DNA of 64,000 nucleotides, taken from Heterodontus francisci. Lineage: Eukaryota. Shown piece after piece: positions 1-12,230 of the stretch; the stretch's first letter is position 1, and each line of letters opens with the position of its first letter. The notes below the pieces were generated by a model, which ran no database searches, was not told the origin of the DNA, and saw only the letters and a list, made by a program, of their open reading frames with translations. The stretch lies in assembly GCF_036365525.1 (NCBI RefSeq), contig NC_090418.1:5743492-5807491 (forward strand), read 5' to 3'. The translations under genes were made by a program, and so were the position numbers.

Positions 1-574
1 TCCAAACATGAAATCCGTCCTTTCTGAATCCAGGGAATAGAAAATGGATATTTTAGCCTCTGGATATAACAGGCATGAATATTGCAACACTGGAGTGGAG
101 CCTGCTATCTCGTAGATCAATTTGGGTAAAATAGGTGTGAAGGGAGTTATGAATTTTTGAGCAGGTTGCCACATTCATTGGCTGAAGCAGGTGATAAGTG
201 GATTGCAGTGTATTTTCTGAGTTCAGAGTGTGAACTAAATGGTTTTTGCTCAGCAGGGTGTGTTGCCTTCCTCTAGCAGAGGTGATTGTTAAAGACAACT
301 TAATGCTTGGAGCAGCAACACTTGGGGCTTTAACAAAATACAGTCATTAGTGCGAGTTGAATCACAAATTTGCACTGGAACTGATTCCCGATGTGTATAA
401 TCGGAACCACCATGAGCAAGTGCTGAGATGACACTGTTTGCAGAATACATACAATTCTTCTGAACTTTCATTTTGTCCTTTGTTGATTTTTAATGCCTTC
501 TCTTTTCCCCTCCATTTCTTGCTTAATTGACAACACCTCCTCCATTGCTGACTGATGTGATTCACCTTTGTGCC

Positions 575-1035
575 AGAAATCTATCGCTGTCAGTCTTGAA
601 TATACTGAATGACTGAGCATCCACAGCTCTCTGGGGTAGAGAATTCCAAAGATTCACAACCCTCTGAGTGAAATTTTTTTTCCTCAGCTCAGTCCTAAAT
701 GGCCGTCACTGCTTCTGATACTGTGACCCCGTGTTCTAGACTCTCCAGCCAGGGAAAACAGCCTCCCAGCATCTACCCTGTCAGTCCCTCTTAAGAATTT
801 TATACATTTCAATGAGATCCCCTCTCATTCTTTTAAACCTTAGAGAATATAGGCCCATTCTGTTCAATGTCTCCTCATAGAACAGCCCTCTCATCCTGGG
901 AATCAGTCTCGTGAACCTTCATGGCACCCTCTTTAAGGCAAGTAATTCCTACCTTGGGTACAGAGACCTAAATCGTACACGGTACCCCAGCTGTGGCCTC
1001 ACCAAAGCTCTGTACATTTGCAAAAGGATTTCCTT
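575..1035 (-). mobile_element. CR1 LINE 3' ORF2 fragment
   Basis: Reverse complement of CR1 C-terminal motifs (FFTQRVV-type, WNSLPQRAV, RGHS) also seen in other copies in the window. Confidence 0.75.
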
Positions 1036-1039
1036 AATC

Positions 1040-1455
1040 TTATTGGCTCCTGGTTAAGCAATGTTTTGCTTTTGAAATTCGCATCCTTGTTTTAAAATCC
1101 CTGTATGGTCTCGCTCCTCCCAATCTCTGTAAGCCCCCCAGCCCTACAACCCTCCAAGATATCTGCGCCCCTCTTTAGAATCTTTGATTTTAATCGCTCC
1201 AGCATTGGTGGCTGTGCCTTCAGTTGTCTAGTCCCCAAGCTCTGGAATACCCTCCCTAAACCTCCCTGCCTCTCCACCTTGCTTTCCTCCTTTTTTTAAG
1301 ACACTCCTTAAACCCACCTCTTTGACCAAGCTTTGGGCACCTGACCGAATCTCCTTATGTGGCTTGGTGTCAAACGTTGTTTAATAACACTCCTGTGAAG
1401 TGCCATGGGACATTTTTGCTATGTTCGAGGTGCTCGATAGATGCAGATTGTTGTG
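1040..1455 (+). mobile_element. L2-clade LINE 3' end
   Basis: GGCAFSCLVPKLWNTLP motif and degenerate gtgaagcgccttggga...atgcaagttgttg-type tail. Confidence 0.75.
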
Positions 1456-1464
1456 TGGTGATTT

Positions 1465-2990
1465 GTAGGGAACTAGGAGGTGATGGTGTTTGCACCACAT
1501 GGCTGCTCCTGTCCCCCTCACTAGTAGAGGTGCTGTCAAAGTAATTTTGGTGAGTTGCTGCAGTGCATCCTGTGCAGTCACGTGTGCCAATGGTGGAGGG
1601 AATGGATGTTGAATCCAGTGAGAGGAATGCCAAGAAAGTGAACTGCTCAGACCTGAATGGTGTCAAGCTGCTTGAGTGTGTTGGAGCTGCACCCATACAG
1701 GCAAATGGTGAGTATTCCATCAAGCTTCTGCCTTGTGCTTTATAGATAGGATGGCGAGTATTAAGGGTCGGGCAGTGAGACACTTGTTACAGGATACCCT
1801 CCCTCCCTCTCCCCTGCTCCTGTAGCCACGGCATTTATTTGAATGGTCCAGTTAAGCTCTGGTCAGTGGTGATGCACCCCATGTCCCCAAATGACATTGA
1901 TGGAGACTGGGTAATGTTGGAGCCATCAAGTGGGCATGGCTGAGCTTTCTCTCGTTTGAAATGGTCATTATCTAGCACTTAATGTGAATGCCACCTGCCC
2001 CTTATGAGCCCAAGCCTGGGCCTTATCCAGGTCATGCTGTAAACTGCTGTGGGATGCTCCCATTGTCAGAGGAGTGCAGGCTGGATCTGAATAATGTGGA
2101 AGCATCAGCGAGCAGCTTAAATGCGAACGCTATAGCGGAGGGAAGGTGAAGATGGTTGGCCTGAGAAACCCCTGCAGGCTTCTGACAACCCCGGTCATGT
2201 TCCTTTGTCAGGTATGACTCCAGGCACTGGAGAGTTCTCCTTTCTCTCCCACTCAATGTTGAGCTCAGTTCTGCTAGTACTCCTTGGTGCCAAACTTGGT
2301 TGAAAACTGCCTTGATGTCAAGGGTGGTTACTCTCCTCGTTCTTCTGGCAGTCAACCCTTGCATCCATGCTCCTATCAAGGCTTTGATGAAGTTGGGAGC
2401 CAGTGGTTCTTTTGGAACCCGAGCTGACTGACTGTGAACAGGTTATTGATGGGTAGGTGTCACTTGATGGCACTATTGATGACTCACTTTACTGATGATT
2501 GGGAGGAGGCAGCTGCTGGGAGATTGTTCACTGGGTTAGAGTTATCCTGTTATCTCTTGGCTATGACATACCTGAGCAGTCTCTCACTGTCGGGCAGATG
2601 CCAGTGTCCTGGCCTTAATAGAACAGCTAGGTTTGGAGAATGTGTTTTCAACACTACAGCCAGGATATTGTTGGGCACATCCCCTTTGTGTACATGTGCA
2701 GTCAGCGACTTTGAATTGGCATGTGGATTGGATTGAATTGGTTGGACCCTGGTACCTATGATTGTGGTACCTTGGGAGGAGGTGGAGTGCTTTTGACTGA
2801 AGATGTCTTGGTTCTTGTACTCGTGCTGCGCTCCAGCAGAGTTAAGGATGCAGATGTTAATGGAGTCTCCTCTTCCTCCTTCAATTTCGGTTGAGTGCCT
2901 TAGGGTTACAGGGGTTTTCTTATGTTTCGATAGTGGGACTGCTTACCTCTGCCTGTAGCTTGCGGCTTTTGGTATTCTAGCATCCCTGCT
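1465..2990 (-). mobile_element. Degraded non-LTR retrotransposon (CR1/L2 group), RT to C-terminus
   Basis: RT-like peptide TTLDIKAVFNQVWHQGVLAEL; similar to the copy at 49270-49930. Confidence 0.65.
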
Positions 2991-4647
2991 TCACTCAGTC
3001 CTATTATGTTCTGGAATTCTCCATCTCAACCTCTCTATCTCTCCACCTCTTTCTCCCCTTTAAGATCCTCCTTGTAACCCACCTCATCGACCAAGCTTTT
3101 AGTAACCCCCCCCTCCTAATATCTCTCATCCTTTACCTTGACGTCCATTTCTCCCTGACGACGCCTCCGTGAAGCGCCTTGGGAGGTTTTTCTGCAGTGA
3201 AGGCGCTCTATAAATGCAGGCTGATACTGTAGCTTAACCTTCCTCCCTCAACCAACACACTAACAAAATAAAGATTAAACTGGTCACTGCAGTTTTTGTG
3301 GGATCTTACTGTGTACAAGTTAGCTGCCGCGACTTGCTTCCACATTGACCGTAGCTGCACTTCTGTATTCATCGAATGTCCTGAGGATGTGTGAAAAGCA
3401 TTATATAGATGCAAGTTGTGATTCCATTTTGTTCTGTTTTTTTCTAAGGAAAAAAGCTGTTGAAGTTTGGGGCGGGTGTGGGGGGGTGGCGTGGCGTTAA
3501 TTGAAAATTTCAAAAGGGAAATTGATGGATTTTTGTTAGGTGAGAGTAACGGAACCAAGGCCTGTAAATGGATTTAAGATGGAGATCAGTAATTTTTATT
3601 GAATGACGGAACAGGCTCGAGGGGCTGAATGGCTGCCTCCTGTTCCTCTGCAGCATTTGGGTGAAGTGAAGGGGAGTGGTGGAGGGCTCTATCACTGATG
3701 GTAGTGGACCGGTGTGAGGTGATGAATTCACGAGTACATCACACAACATTAAAGGGTGTTGGCTCAAGTGTCATTTATTCTCTTCTCCCCAACCCCCAAT
3801 CTTCTTGTGCAACTAAAATATTGCAGAGACAACATTCCTCATCTGACCTTGTCTAATGCGTAGCTTTGAATATGTGCTGTGCAGGCAGAAGCTTACTGGG
3901 GTAAATCACTGAGAGCATTAGGCCTGTAACTCACTTGTGCTGAAGGAAGATGGTGAGTAATTGGCCCTGACATTGCACAGTTTTATTTTCCAGTAACGCA
4001 CCAACTCCTGTCTCGTATTCTATAATTAAGTGCAGCCTGCTTTCAACTGTGCACTGTAGCTAGTTACTGTGGATTACTTAGAATCTAAAATATTTACACC
4101 CCTTAATATTTCATGCTGGGGGCATATTCATCACACCCAACTATTTTTAGAGCCAACCCTCTGGTAGAGACGAGCACAGAGGCTATTCTGCCCCTCATGT
4201 CTGTGTCGGCTCTTTGAAAGATCCATTCAACTAGTCCCACTATCCTCTGTTTTTTTTCCCCATGGCCCTGCAAGCGTTTCCTTTTCAAGTATTTAACCAA
4301 TTCCCCTTCTGAAAGTAACTGTTGAATCTGTTCTTTCAAGCAGCGCATTCCATATTATAACAACTCACTGCATTCAAAAAAAAAATTCTGCTTATCTCCT
4401 TTCTGGTTCTTTTGCCAATTATCTTAAAAGTATTCGCAAAGGGAAATGGCATAGCCGAAGGTTTCTGACTGACCACTTCTATACTGTTTTTGCAATTTTT
4501 GGCATCGTCTTTATTCTAATCATCAATTCATCAAATGAGCTTTCGGCATCTGGAATAAAACCAAAGGCTGTTTCAAATGCGCAGCAGGTCAGTCAACAGC
4601 TGAATCAGAGAGCCTGGTTAGCATTTAGCGGGGCAGGAGTCCTGCGT

Positions 4648-4720
4648 CAAAGAACAAAGAACAGTACAGCACAGGAACAGGCCATTCGGCCCTCCAAGCC
4701 TGCGCCGATCTTGATGCCTG
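4648..4720 (-). mobile_element. Very short young CR1 3' end with caaag target-site duplication
   Basis: Near-identical reverse complement of 55310-55383; caaag flanks both sides. Confidence 0.75.
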
Positions 4721-6649
4721 CAAAGCAGATTGACACAATCAGCCATTTTACGTTCCCCTTGTAGGAATAGACAGAATTTCTGTGTTATACCTGTGTCTGT
4801 GGCTTTGCATCGAGTTGTATTGCACTGAATGTACAGCACCAAAACTGGTCATTTGGCCCAACTAGTCTATGCCAGTGTTTATACTTGACATGAGCCTCCT
4901 CCCACCCTACTCCATTTCACCCTATCAGCACATCCTTCTGTACCTTTCTCCCTTGTGTTTATCCAGCTTCCCTTTAAATGCATCTGTACTTTTCACCACA
5001 ATCACCCATGCAGTAACCAGTTCCACATTCTCACCACTGTCTGGGTAAAGAGGTTTCTGCTCAACTCCCTCTTGGATTTACCAGTGACTTGTATTTATGG
5101 CCCTTGATAGTTATACCCTCTTAGTTCTGGGAGCATCCTTTGTAAATCTACCACATAATGTGAGTGGGTATAGTTGGCACTGTCCGGCTTGCAGCATGAC
5201 CCAGGTACTTTTGCTGCATGTAGTTGTGAATCAGTATTTTTTATGGGGAGACTACCTCTTGTGGCTATTAAAACAGGAGGAGGCCATTTGGCCCTTGACG
5301 TTTGTTTCTGTTAATGATGGCTGATCTGTACCTCAACTCCACTGACATGCCTACTCCCCACAATGCCTTGATATACTTGTCTAAGATGTCTTAATATCCC
5401 CTCATGTGTCTCGGTGTCAAATCTTGTTTGATAATCGCTCCTGTGTAGCACCTTGGGAGGTCTCGCTATGTTTAAAAGCGCTTTCTAAATGCAAGGTGGT
5501 TCAAATTGGTGCAGCTGCACCGCAATGGGCTGAGGTGAGGAGCGGACCGGGGTGAGTGATGGAACCTGCCTTTGAAATTTTCCATGAACAGCTCATGAAT
5601 AACTTTTTGATTCAATTTTCACCAAGGGCAAGCATTTTTTTGTTAATCTGCCCGACCAATTCCTCTAAACGTGGAAAGAATACACATTTCGGGCACTGAT
5701 CAATCGACCCTTCGCTTTAATTTGGTTGGAGAATGCTGTAGATAAACTGCACGGCTGACGACACTTTGCAGGCAGTGATGCAGGTGAGCAATTGCCCCTT
5801 TAGAAGCCATCAGAGTAAATCTGGAGTCACTAACAAATTACAGCGGAAATTAGAGATTGATTATTGATTTTAACTTGCTGGCAAACATTTGTTACTTCAA
5901 GTTCCTGATTTATTTTTTAAAACATTCTTTTTAGAAACTTGTGCTGCTTGGGGGGGCTATAGAATCATAGTATGATTAAAGCACAGCAGGAGGCCATTTG
6001 GCCCATCGTATTTGTGCCGTCTCTCTGCAAAAACAACTCGGCCAGTTCACCTTTTCCCCTTGGCCCTGCAGATTTTTTTGCTTCAGATAATTATCAGATT
6101 CCCTTTTGAAAGCCACGATTGAATCTGCCTCCACCACACTCTCATGCAGTGCATTCCAGATCCTAACCACTCGCTACATTAGAAAAAGTTTTTCCCCATG
6201 TCGCCGTTGGTTCTTTTGCCATTCACCTTAAATCGGTGTCCTCTTGGTTCTCGACCTTTCTGCCAGTGGGAACAGTTTCTCCCTGTCTGCTCTGTCCAGA
6301 CCCCTCATGATTTTGAACACCTCTATCAGAGGGAGTGGGGCTCGAGCCCGCTGTTTTCTGACTCCGAGGCAGGAGAACCACGGCCGCCCATTCAGGTAAA
6401 CACTACTCAAAGAAGCGCAGGTAGTTCTGGCTGGTTTCGCGACTGAAACAAACAGGATTAACTGGTCGTTCATCTTGTTGGTGGGATCTTGCTGTGCCAC
6501 AAGCTGGCTACCTTGTTTAATTACTGTAATAGCACTAGAGTAAGTCATTGTACTTGAAGTGCTTTAAGAAACAGGTGGCAACTTATTGAATAAATAAGAA
6601 ATGACTGGCTTCTCTGGAGATTCAGGGCAGGACATCCAGTTATAGTGTA

Positions 6650-6790
6650 ATTAAAGCAAAATACTGCAGATGCTGGAAATCTGAAATAAAAAGAGAAAGT
6701 GCTGGATATATGCAGTTCTGGCAGCGTCTGTCTAGAGAGAGAGAGAGAAAAACAGTTAACTTTTCAGGTCAGCGACCTTTCATCAGAATC
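6650..6790 (-). mobile_element. Penelope-like element terminus with minimal hammerhead motif
   Basis: Minus strand reads CTGATGA-AAGGTCGCTGACCT-GAAAAGTTAACTG, followed by the terminal sequence shared with 18689-18785. Confidence 0.65.
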
Positions 6791-7114
6791 CAATCGTAGT
6801 GGTCTGTTAATGAAATAAAAGCTTGAAATCCAGACCCTTTAGGATTCTTGAGGTTTTATGGTGCATGTCGGGCTCACATGCTCAATTCATTCACTGAACA
6901 AGCTCGAGGTGCTGAACAGCCTGCTCCTGTTTGCATGTTCACAGCGATCAGTTTGCAGGTTGTGGTCACGTTGCTATCAGGAACCTCTGCACAGAGGAGC
7001 AGGAGGGAGAGCTGCACACGGGTGGCTCTTGTGTGGCTCCTCGTGGCCAGCACGATGTCGGAAGCCCAAAGGCAGACTGGCCGTGTTGCAAGTGGGCGGG
7101 GAACTGGGGAGGGC

Positions 7115-7950
7115 TACAACAACTTGCATTTATGTAGCATCCTTTTAATGCAGTCAAATGTTCCAAGGCACTTCACAGGAGCATAATCAGACAAAAATTG
7201 GACAGCGAGCCACTTGAGATATCAATGAGATCTTAAGAAATAGGAGCAGGAGTAGGCCATTCGGCCCCTCGAGCCTGCCCCCCCCCCATTCAATAAGATC
7301 ATGGCTGATCTGATTGTGGCCTTAACTCCACTTTCCTGTCAGCCGCCCATAACCCTGACTCCCTTGTAGATCAAACATCTAACTCAGCCTTGAATATATT
7401 CCATGACCCAGCCTCCAATGCTCTCTGGGGAAGGGAATTCTGAAGATTAACAAACCTCAAAGAAGAAATTCCTCCTCATCGCCATTTTAGAAAGGAGGCC
7501 CCTTTATTTTTAAACTGTGCCCCCCCTGCCTAGTTCTAGATTCCCCCACGAGGGGAAGATATTAGGATAGGTGACCAAAAGCTTGGTCAAAGTGGTCGAT
7601 TTTAAAGAGCATTTTAAAGGGGAGAAAGAGGTATGGAGACAGAGGATTAGGGATGGAATGCCTAAGCTTCGGGCATAGGCAGCTAAAGGAACAGCTGGCG
7701 ATGGCGGAGTGATTTAAAATCAGATGAGGAAGAGCCCAGAATTGGAGGAGCGCAGAGGTCTCGTCGTGTTGTAGGGCTGGAGGAGGTTACAGAGAGAGGG
7801 AGGGGGATGAGGCCATGGAGGGATCGGAAAACGAGGCTTTGCCGTACCGCAGCCAATGACTGGCAAGCACAGAGGGTGATGGGTGGTCAGGACTCCATGC
7901 GAGTTAGGACACAGCAACAGAACTGTGATGAGCTGCAGTTTACAGAGGGG
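7115..7950 (-). mobile_element. L2 3' fragment interrupted by a CR1 3' end (about 7235-7555)
   Basis: L2 tail at 7115-7225 resumes at about 7556; a CR1 tail (aggagtaggccattcggcccctcgagcc) lies between. Confidence 0.7.
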
Positions 7951-8221
7951 AAAATCTAGTGATTTGTGTAGTTGCAAGCAAACATTTTACTGTCTATTCT
8001 TGTGCATTCAGGGTGACAGCTGCACCCTTAGATGTGCAAGATCTCGAGATCGCAGAAGCGGATTGTACATTGAGACTAGAATAATGTAATACCAGCATCT
8101 GAATGTAGCTTTACCTCACAGTGAATCAGAATGTGAGCAGAGGTATTAAAAATGCTAACACATGCCTATCAGTTAGTCACCGGCTTATTTTAATAAAGAC
8201 TTGGAATTAGAGGGGGCGCTG

Positions 8222-8428
8222 TCAAGGACCCGTTAACTTTGACCAGACACTCTGCGGCGGCGTATAAAAGTCGGACCCGGGCCGAGTCCGAAAGCGCGCA
8301 GAGTCCCGAAAGGGTATTCGTGATCCACCCTGTCTAACGCCTCCTCCTGATCGAGGGAGAGAAAGGCGACCGACAGACCAGTCCTCTGGGAAAGATGGAG
8401 CAGGTCCCGGACCAGGTGGACGTTGTCA
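8222..8428 (-). mobile_element. L1/Tx1-clade reverse transcriptase fragment
   Basis: DNVHLVRDLLHLSQRTGLSVAFLSLDQEEALDRVDHEYPFGTLRAFGLGP resembles the L1/Tx1 SLDxEKAFDRV motif; CpG-rich. Confidence 0.7.
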
Positions 8429-8615
8429 GAGGAGGTGGTGGAGGCAGGAACAGTAGCAACATTGAAGAGGCATCTGGACAGGTACTTGAATGAGCAAGGC
8501 ATAGAGGGATATGGAATTAATGCAGGCAGGTGGGATTAGTATAGATAGGCATTATGGTCCGCATGGACGTGGTGGGCCGAAGGGCCTGTTTCTATGCTGT
8601 ACGACTCTGACTCTA
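8429..8615 (+). mobile_element. CR1 3' end
   Basis: EVVEAGTVATLKRHLDRYL, then the gggccgaagggcctgtttct tail and gactct repeats. Confidence 0.75.
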
Positions 8616-10402
8616 AAGTGGGATAGTCAAACTGGAGAGGAACAAGGGGAGCAATTTAAATTGTAAATGAGTGTTTGAAGTATTTAATCATGTCTTTACA
8701 ATAGAATGTTATAATTGGTTCCTGGTCTTCCAATGTGACATATATTGCAGTTGTCACTTAGTTACATACTGTACATCCTGAGCATAACGTGAGGCAACGG
8801 AAATGGCTCCACTGTGATGCTGAGTGTGTTTCGCTTAGTTTAAGGATGATTTTGGCAAGCAGTTGGGGAGCTTTTTATTACTGCACCTTTGAAGAAACCT
8901 GGCAATTATGAACTGGTGCTGTTTGTGGGCAGATGACTTTCTCACAGACTAATTCTTTGCATCATTTATTTTGGTGCAGAATTTTTGCTGCATTCTTCCA
9001 AATGCTTCTGCAAAAAAAAAATTACTTCAGTATCTCTCACCCCCTCCCCCATCAATTGGTGTGGTGACTAACGGTTTTAACATCTTTAATAGAATTGGGC
9101 AATGATTTTGTTACCTGCCTTATCTGCTATGGGAGAGGCTTATGTATCTGTGACGCATTTTGATCCAGTGGACAATTACATTTGAAGTCTCGCATCCAAG
9201 GAATGTTAATGGATTTAAAATCGTTCACTGATTACTCAGTTTTGCATTGTTGTGTATGCCGTGGGTTGGTATTTTTCTGGTTCAAATAACTCGACCTGTT
9301 TCTATGAAAAGGCGTATTTCCCTTAAGATCCAAATGGCTTTCAGCCTGGCACAGGAGCAATAACTTGCTTATTGGAATTTCTGCAGGATTCCCAATGCAT
9401 TTCTTGGTAGAAGGAAAATATCACTTTAACCCTGTTTTTGCAGGCTGAAGTAACTCATCAAATTACTTACATTTAATCGATTCATAAAGAGTAGAAATAT
9501 TGGGTAAATGCTCATGTCTCTTACCTGCACACACCCAAATTGTGTTAAGTGAAGGAGTAACATTCCTTTCTTTAAGTTCTTGCAACAAGATATTTTAATT
9601 AAGTGGATTTTTTTTTGCAGCAAACGTGAAAGAAATCCTTACTGCTGCATAAAATTCACTGCACGACAAAGCCACTCTCCACCTTATTGGACAGTAGTTT
9701 ATCCAGCAGGGAACTAGTGAAGAAGACCGCGTATGTGGCATTGGCTTAAAGGTGCAGCTTGGGACCATTTGCTGGCTGCTGTCACTTTCTCATGCCTTTA
9801 TCTAACAAAAAATTATCAGTCTCAGTCTTGAAAGTTACAACTGACTCCACAGCCTTTCGGCAAGAGTTCCCGATTTCCACTAATGTTTTGTGGGGGGGAA
9901 AAGTAATCCCTAATTTCCCACTGAAATGGCCGAGCTCAAAATTTACCATTGTGCGTCCTTGTTCTTGGTTCTATAAGAACCTACTGTACCGTATCCTTTT
10001 AACATTTTAACCTCGGTCAGATGACCCCTTAATCCTCTATGCTTGGAACACGAGCCATGTTTCTGTGATCTGTCCTCATAATTTAATCCTCAGTTTCATT
10101 CTGGTGAATCTGCGTTGTAACCTCCAAGGACACTGCGTCCCTGTGGAGGTGTGCTGCCCTAAACTGAATGAATGATCAACTCCAGATGGGGAGTCTGACC
10201 GAGGCTCTCTACAACTACGTCCTCTTTGTTAAGCCAGCCCGGCTGAACTGCACGCTGGAAGCTCAGCAAAGAAGGTCTGTGTTTCTCTTGAGTGCCTTGT
10301 TACTCTGGGTAGCTTCTGGAATTGAGCTAAGCGGGGTTTGATAGGCCCCCTCTACGATGACCCTACTGCCACCGATAAAGGCACTATTTGAGGAGAGAAC
10401 TA

Positions 10403-10759
10403 GGGCGGCACAGTGGCGCAGTGGTTAGCACCGCAGCCTCACAGCTCCAGGGACCCGGGTTCGATTCCGGGTACTGCCTGTGTGGAGTTTGCAAGTTCTC
10501 CCTGTGTCTGCGTGGGTTTTCTCCGGGTGCTCCGGTTTCCTCCCACAAGCCTAAAGACTTGCAGGTTGATAGGTAAATTGGCCATTATAAAATGCCCCTA
10601 GTATAGGTAGGTGGTAGGGAAATATAGGGACAGGTGGGGATGTTTGGTAGGAATATGGGATTAATGTGGGATTAGTATAAATGGGTGGTTGATGTTCGGC
10701 ACAGACTCGGTGGGCCGAAGGGCCTGTTTCAGTGCTGTATCTCTAATCTAATCTAATCT
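10403..10759 (+). mobile_element. Full-length HE1-type V-SINE
   Basis: tRNA head (A box tggcgcagtgg, B box ggttcgattcc), V-domain, CR1-derived tail, (ctaat)n end, aacta TSD. Confidence 0.85.
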
Positions 10760-12053
10760 AACTACGCACTGTAAGAAATACTCTCCAGCTCCTCCTTTTT
10801 AGTTTTTGTTGAGTAATCATTTTTTGAGAGCGCTCCTTCCATTGAACCTAGCAGACAAACGTGAAGGAACAACCAGCATTAAAAAGTGGAATTCTCTTGC
10901 CTTGAAAGATTTATTAGCTCGCAAATGAATTGGCAACACTCCTTTCAGTGCTGCTGCTTGCAGGCTAAAGTAGCTAATCCAATTTATTTACACTTATAAG
11001 TTCATAAGTTTAGAGGTATTGAGTAAACGCTCATTGCACATGCCACGCATGCATACACGCACACACAATTCTGCATCAAGTTTTTCAACAAGCCATCCAT
11101 CCAGTCAATTGAATGGCAGATGTGGGAGTGGACATGCTCTACATTCATTTCCGTGGACTGAACGCCTTTTAGCTGTGTCTACATGGCCCTAATTCTTTCG
11201 AGCTCACGTTGCACAGCTGGCAGCCAGGTTTTCACACCAGCATTGCATTTGGCAAAATGTCACTCTGCCTTCCGCACTGGTCAGCATTTCAGGGTTCTTG
11301 TGGTTGGCGGGAATCCAGGGCACGGAGTAGAGTCTAATGCCTGTGGGAACACAAAAGCGCGCTTTCCTGAAACAAATGCAGAAAAAAAATGCCCAGCTGC
11401 GACCTTTTTAAAATCAGGGTAATGGAGCATTGTGCAGAATGTCACTATTCCATGCTTGGGACCTGGGGCTAAATCCCAGGGCAGATGAGAGAAGTTTTCC
11501 ACTTAAAAGAACTTTGTCATCCTGTCAGGGACGATGTACAGCTCAGAACAGTTTACATTATCAGTCTGAGGAGAGCTTGACTGGATGGTGTGATCTTCAC
11601 AATCCCAGTTATGAAGAGAGTTTTCTTGGCATTGCGTCATTGATGTGCAGGTCACAGCAGGAACCCTCCAGTGGCGATCTATAAAGATTAACATTGTGCA
11701 ATCTTGCGTTGGTGTATACATTCAGGAGCAACCTAACTAGAGTTCTTAATGACGCGACACGGACTCCAGTTAGTTACTGCTGAGTGCCTGATAAGAGTTG
11801 CCCGCCTACGAGCTGCTGTCACCCTCATGCTGGCTTATCCGGTCGATCTCACAGGAGAGCAAAGCATGCATGCAAGGATTATTTAGTTTCACATTGAACA
11901 GCTGTTTTTCTTGCCTGCTTTTTAATCTTTCCTCTCCTGCTGCTTTTTTCCACTGAACAGAGAAGTAATGAACTGGGTTTGAGGAAATGTTAAACTAATG
12001 AAATGCTGCTTTGATTTTATCTATCTTCTCGAGATTCTATCCTTCTCCCCCCC

Positions 12054-12230
12054 NNNNNNNNNNNNNNNNNNNNNNNNNNNNNNNNNNNNNNNNNNNNNNN
12101 NNNNNNNNNNNNNNNNNNNNNNNNNNNNNNNNNNNNNNNNNNNNNNNNNNNNNNNNNNNNNNNNNNNNNNNNNNNNNNNNNNNNNNNNNNNNNNNNNNNN
12201 NNNNNNNNNNNNNNNNNNNNNNNNNNNNNN
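12054..12230. other. Assembly gap (177 N)
   Basis: Run of N. Confidence 1.

Noticed and set aside
10403-10475. tRNA gene
   Set aside because: It is the tRNA-derived head of a SINE, running on into the V-domain and LINE tail. The same holds for the other SINE heads.
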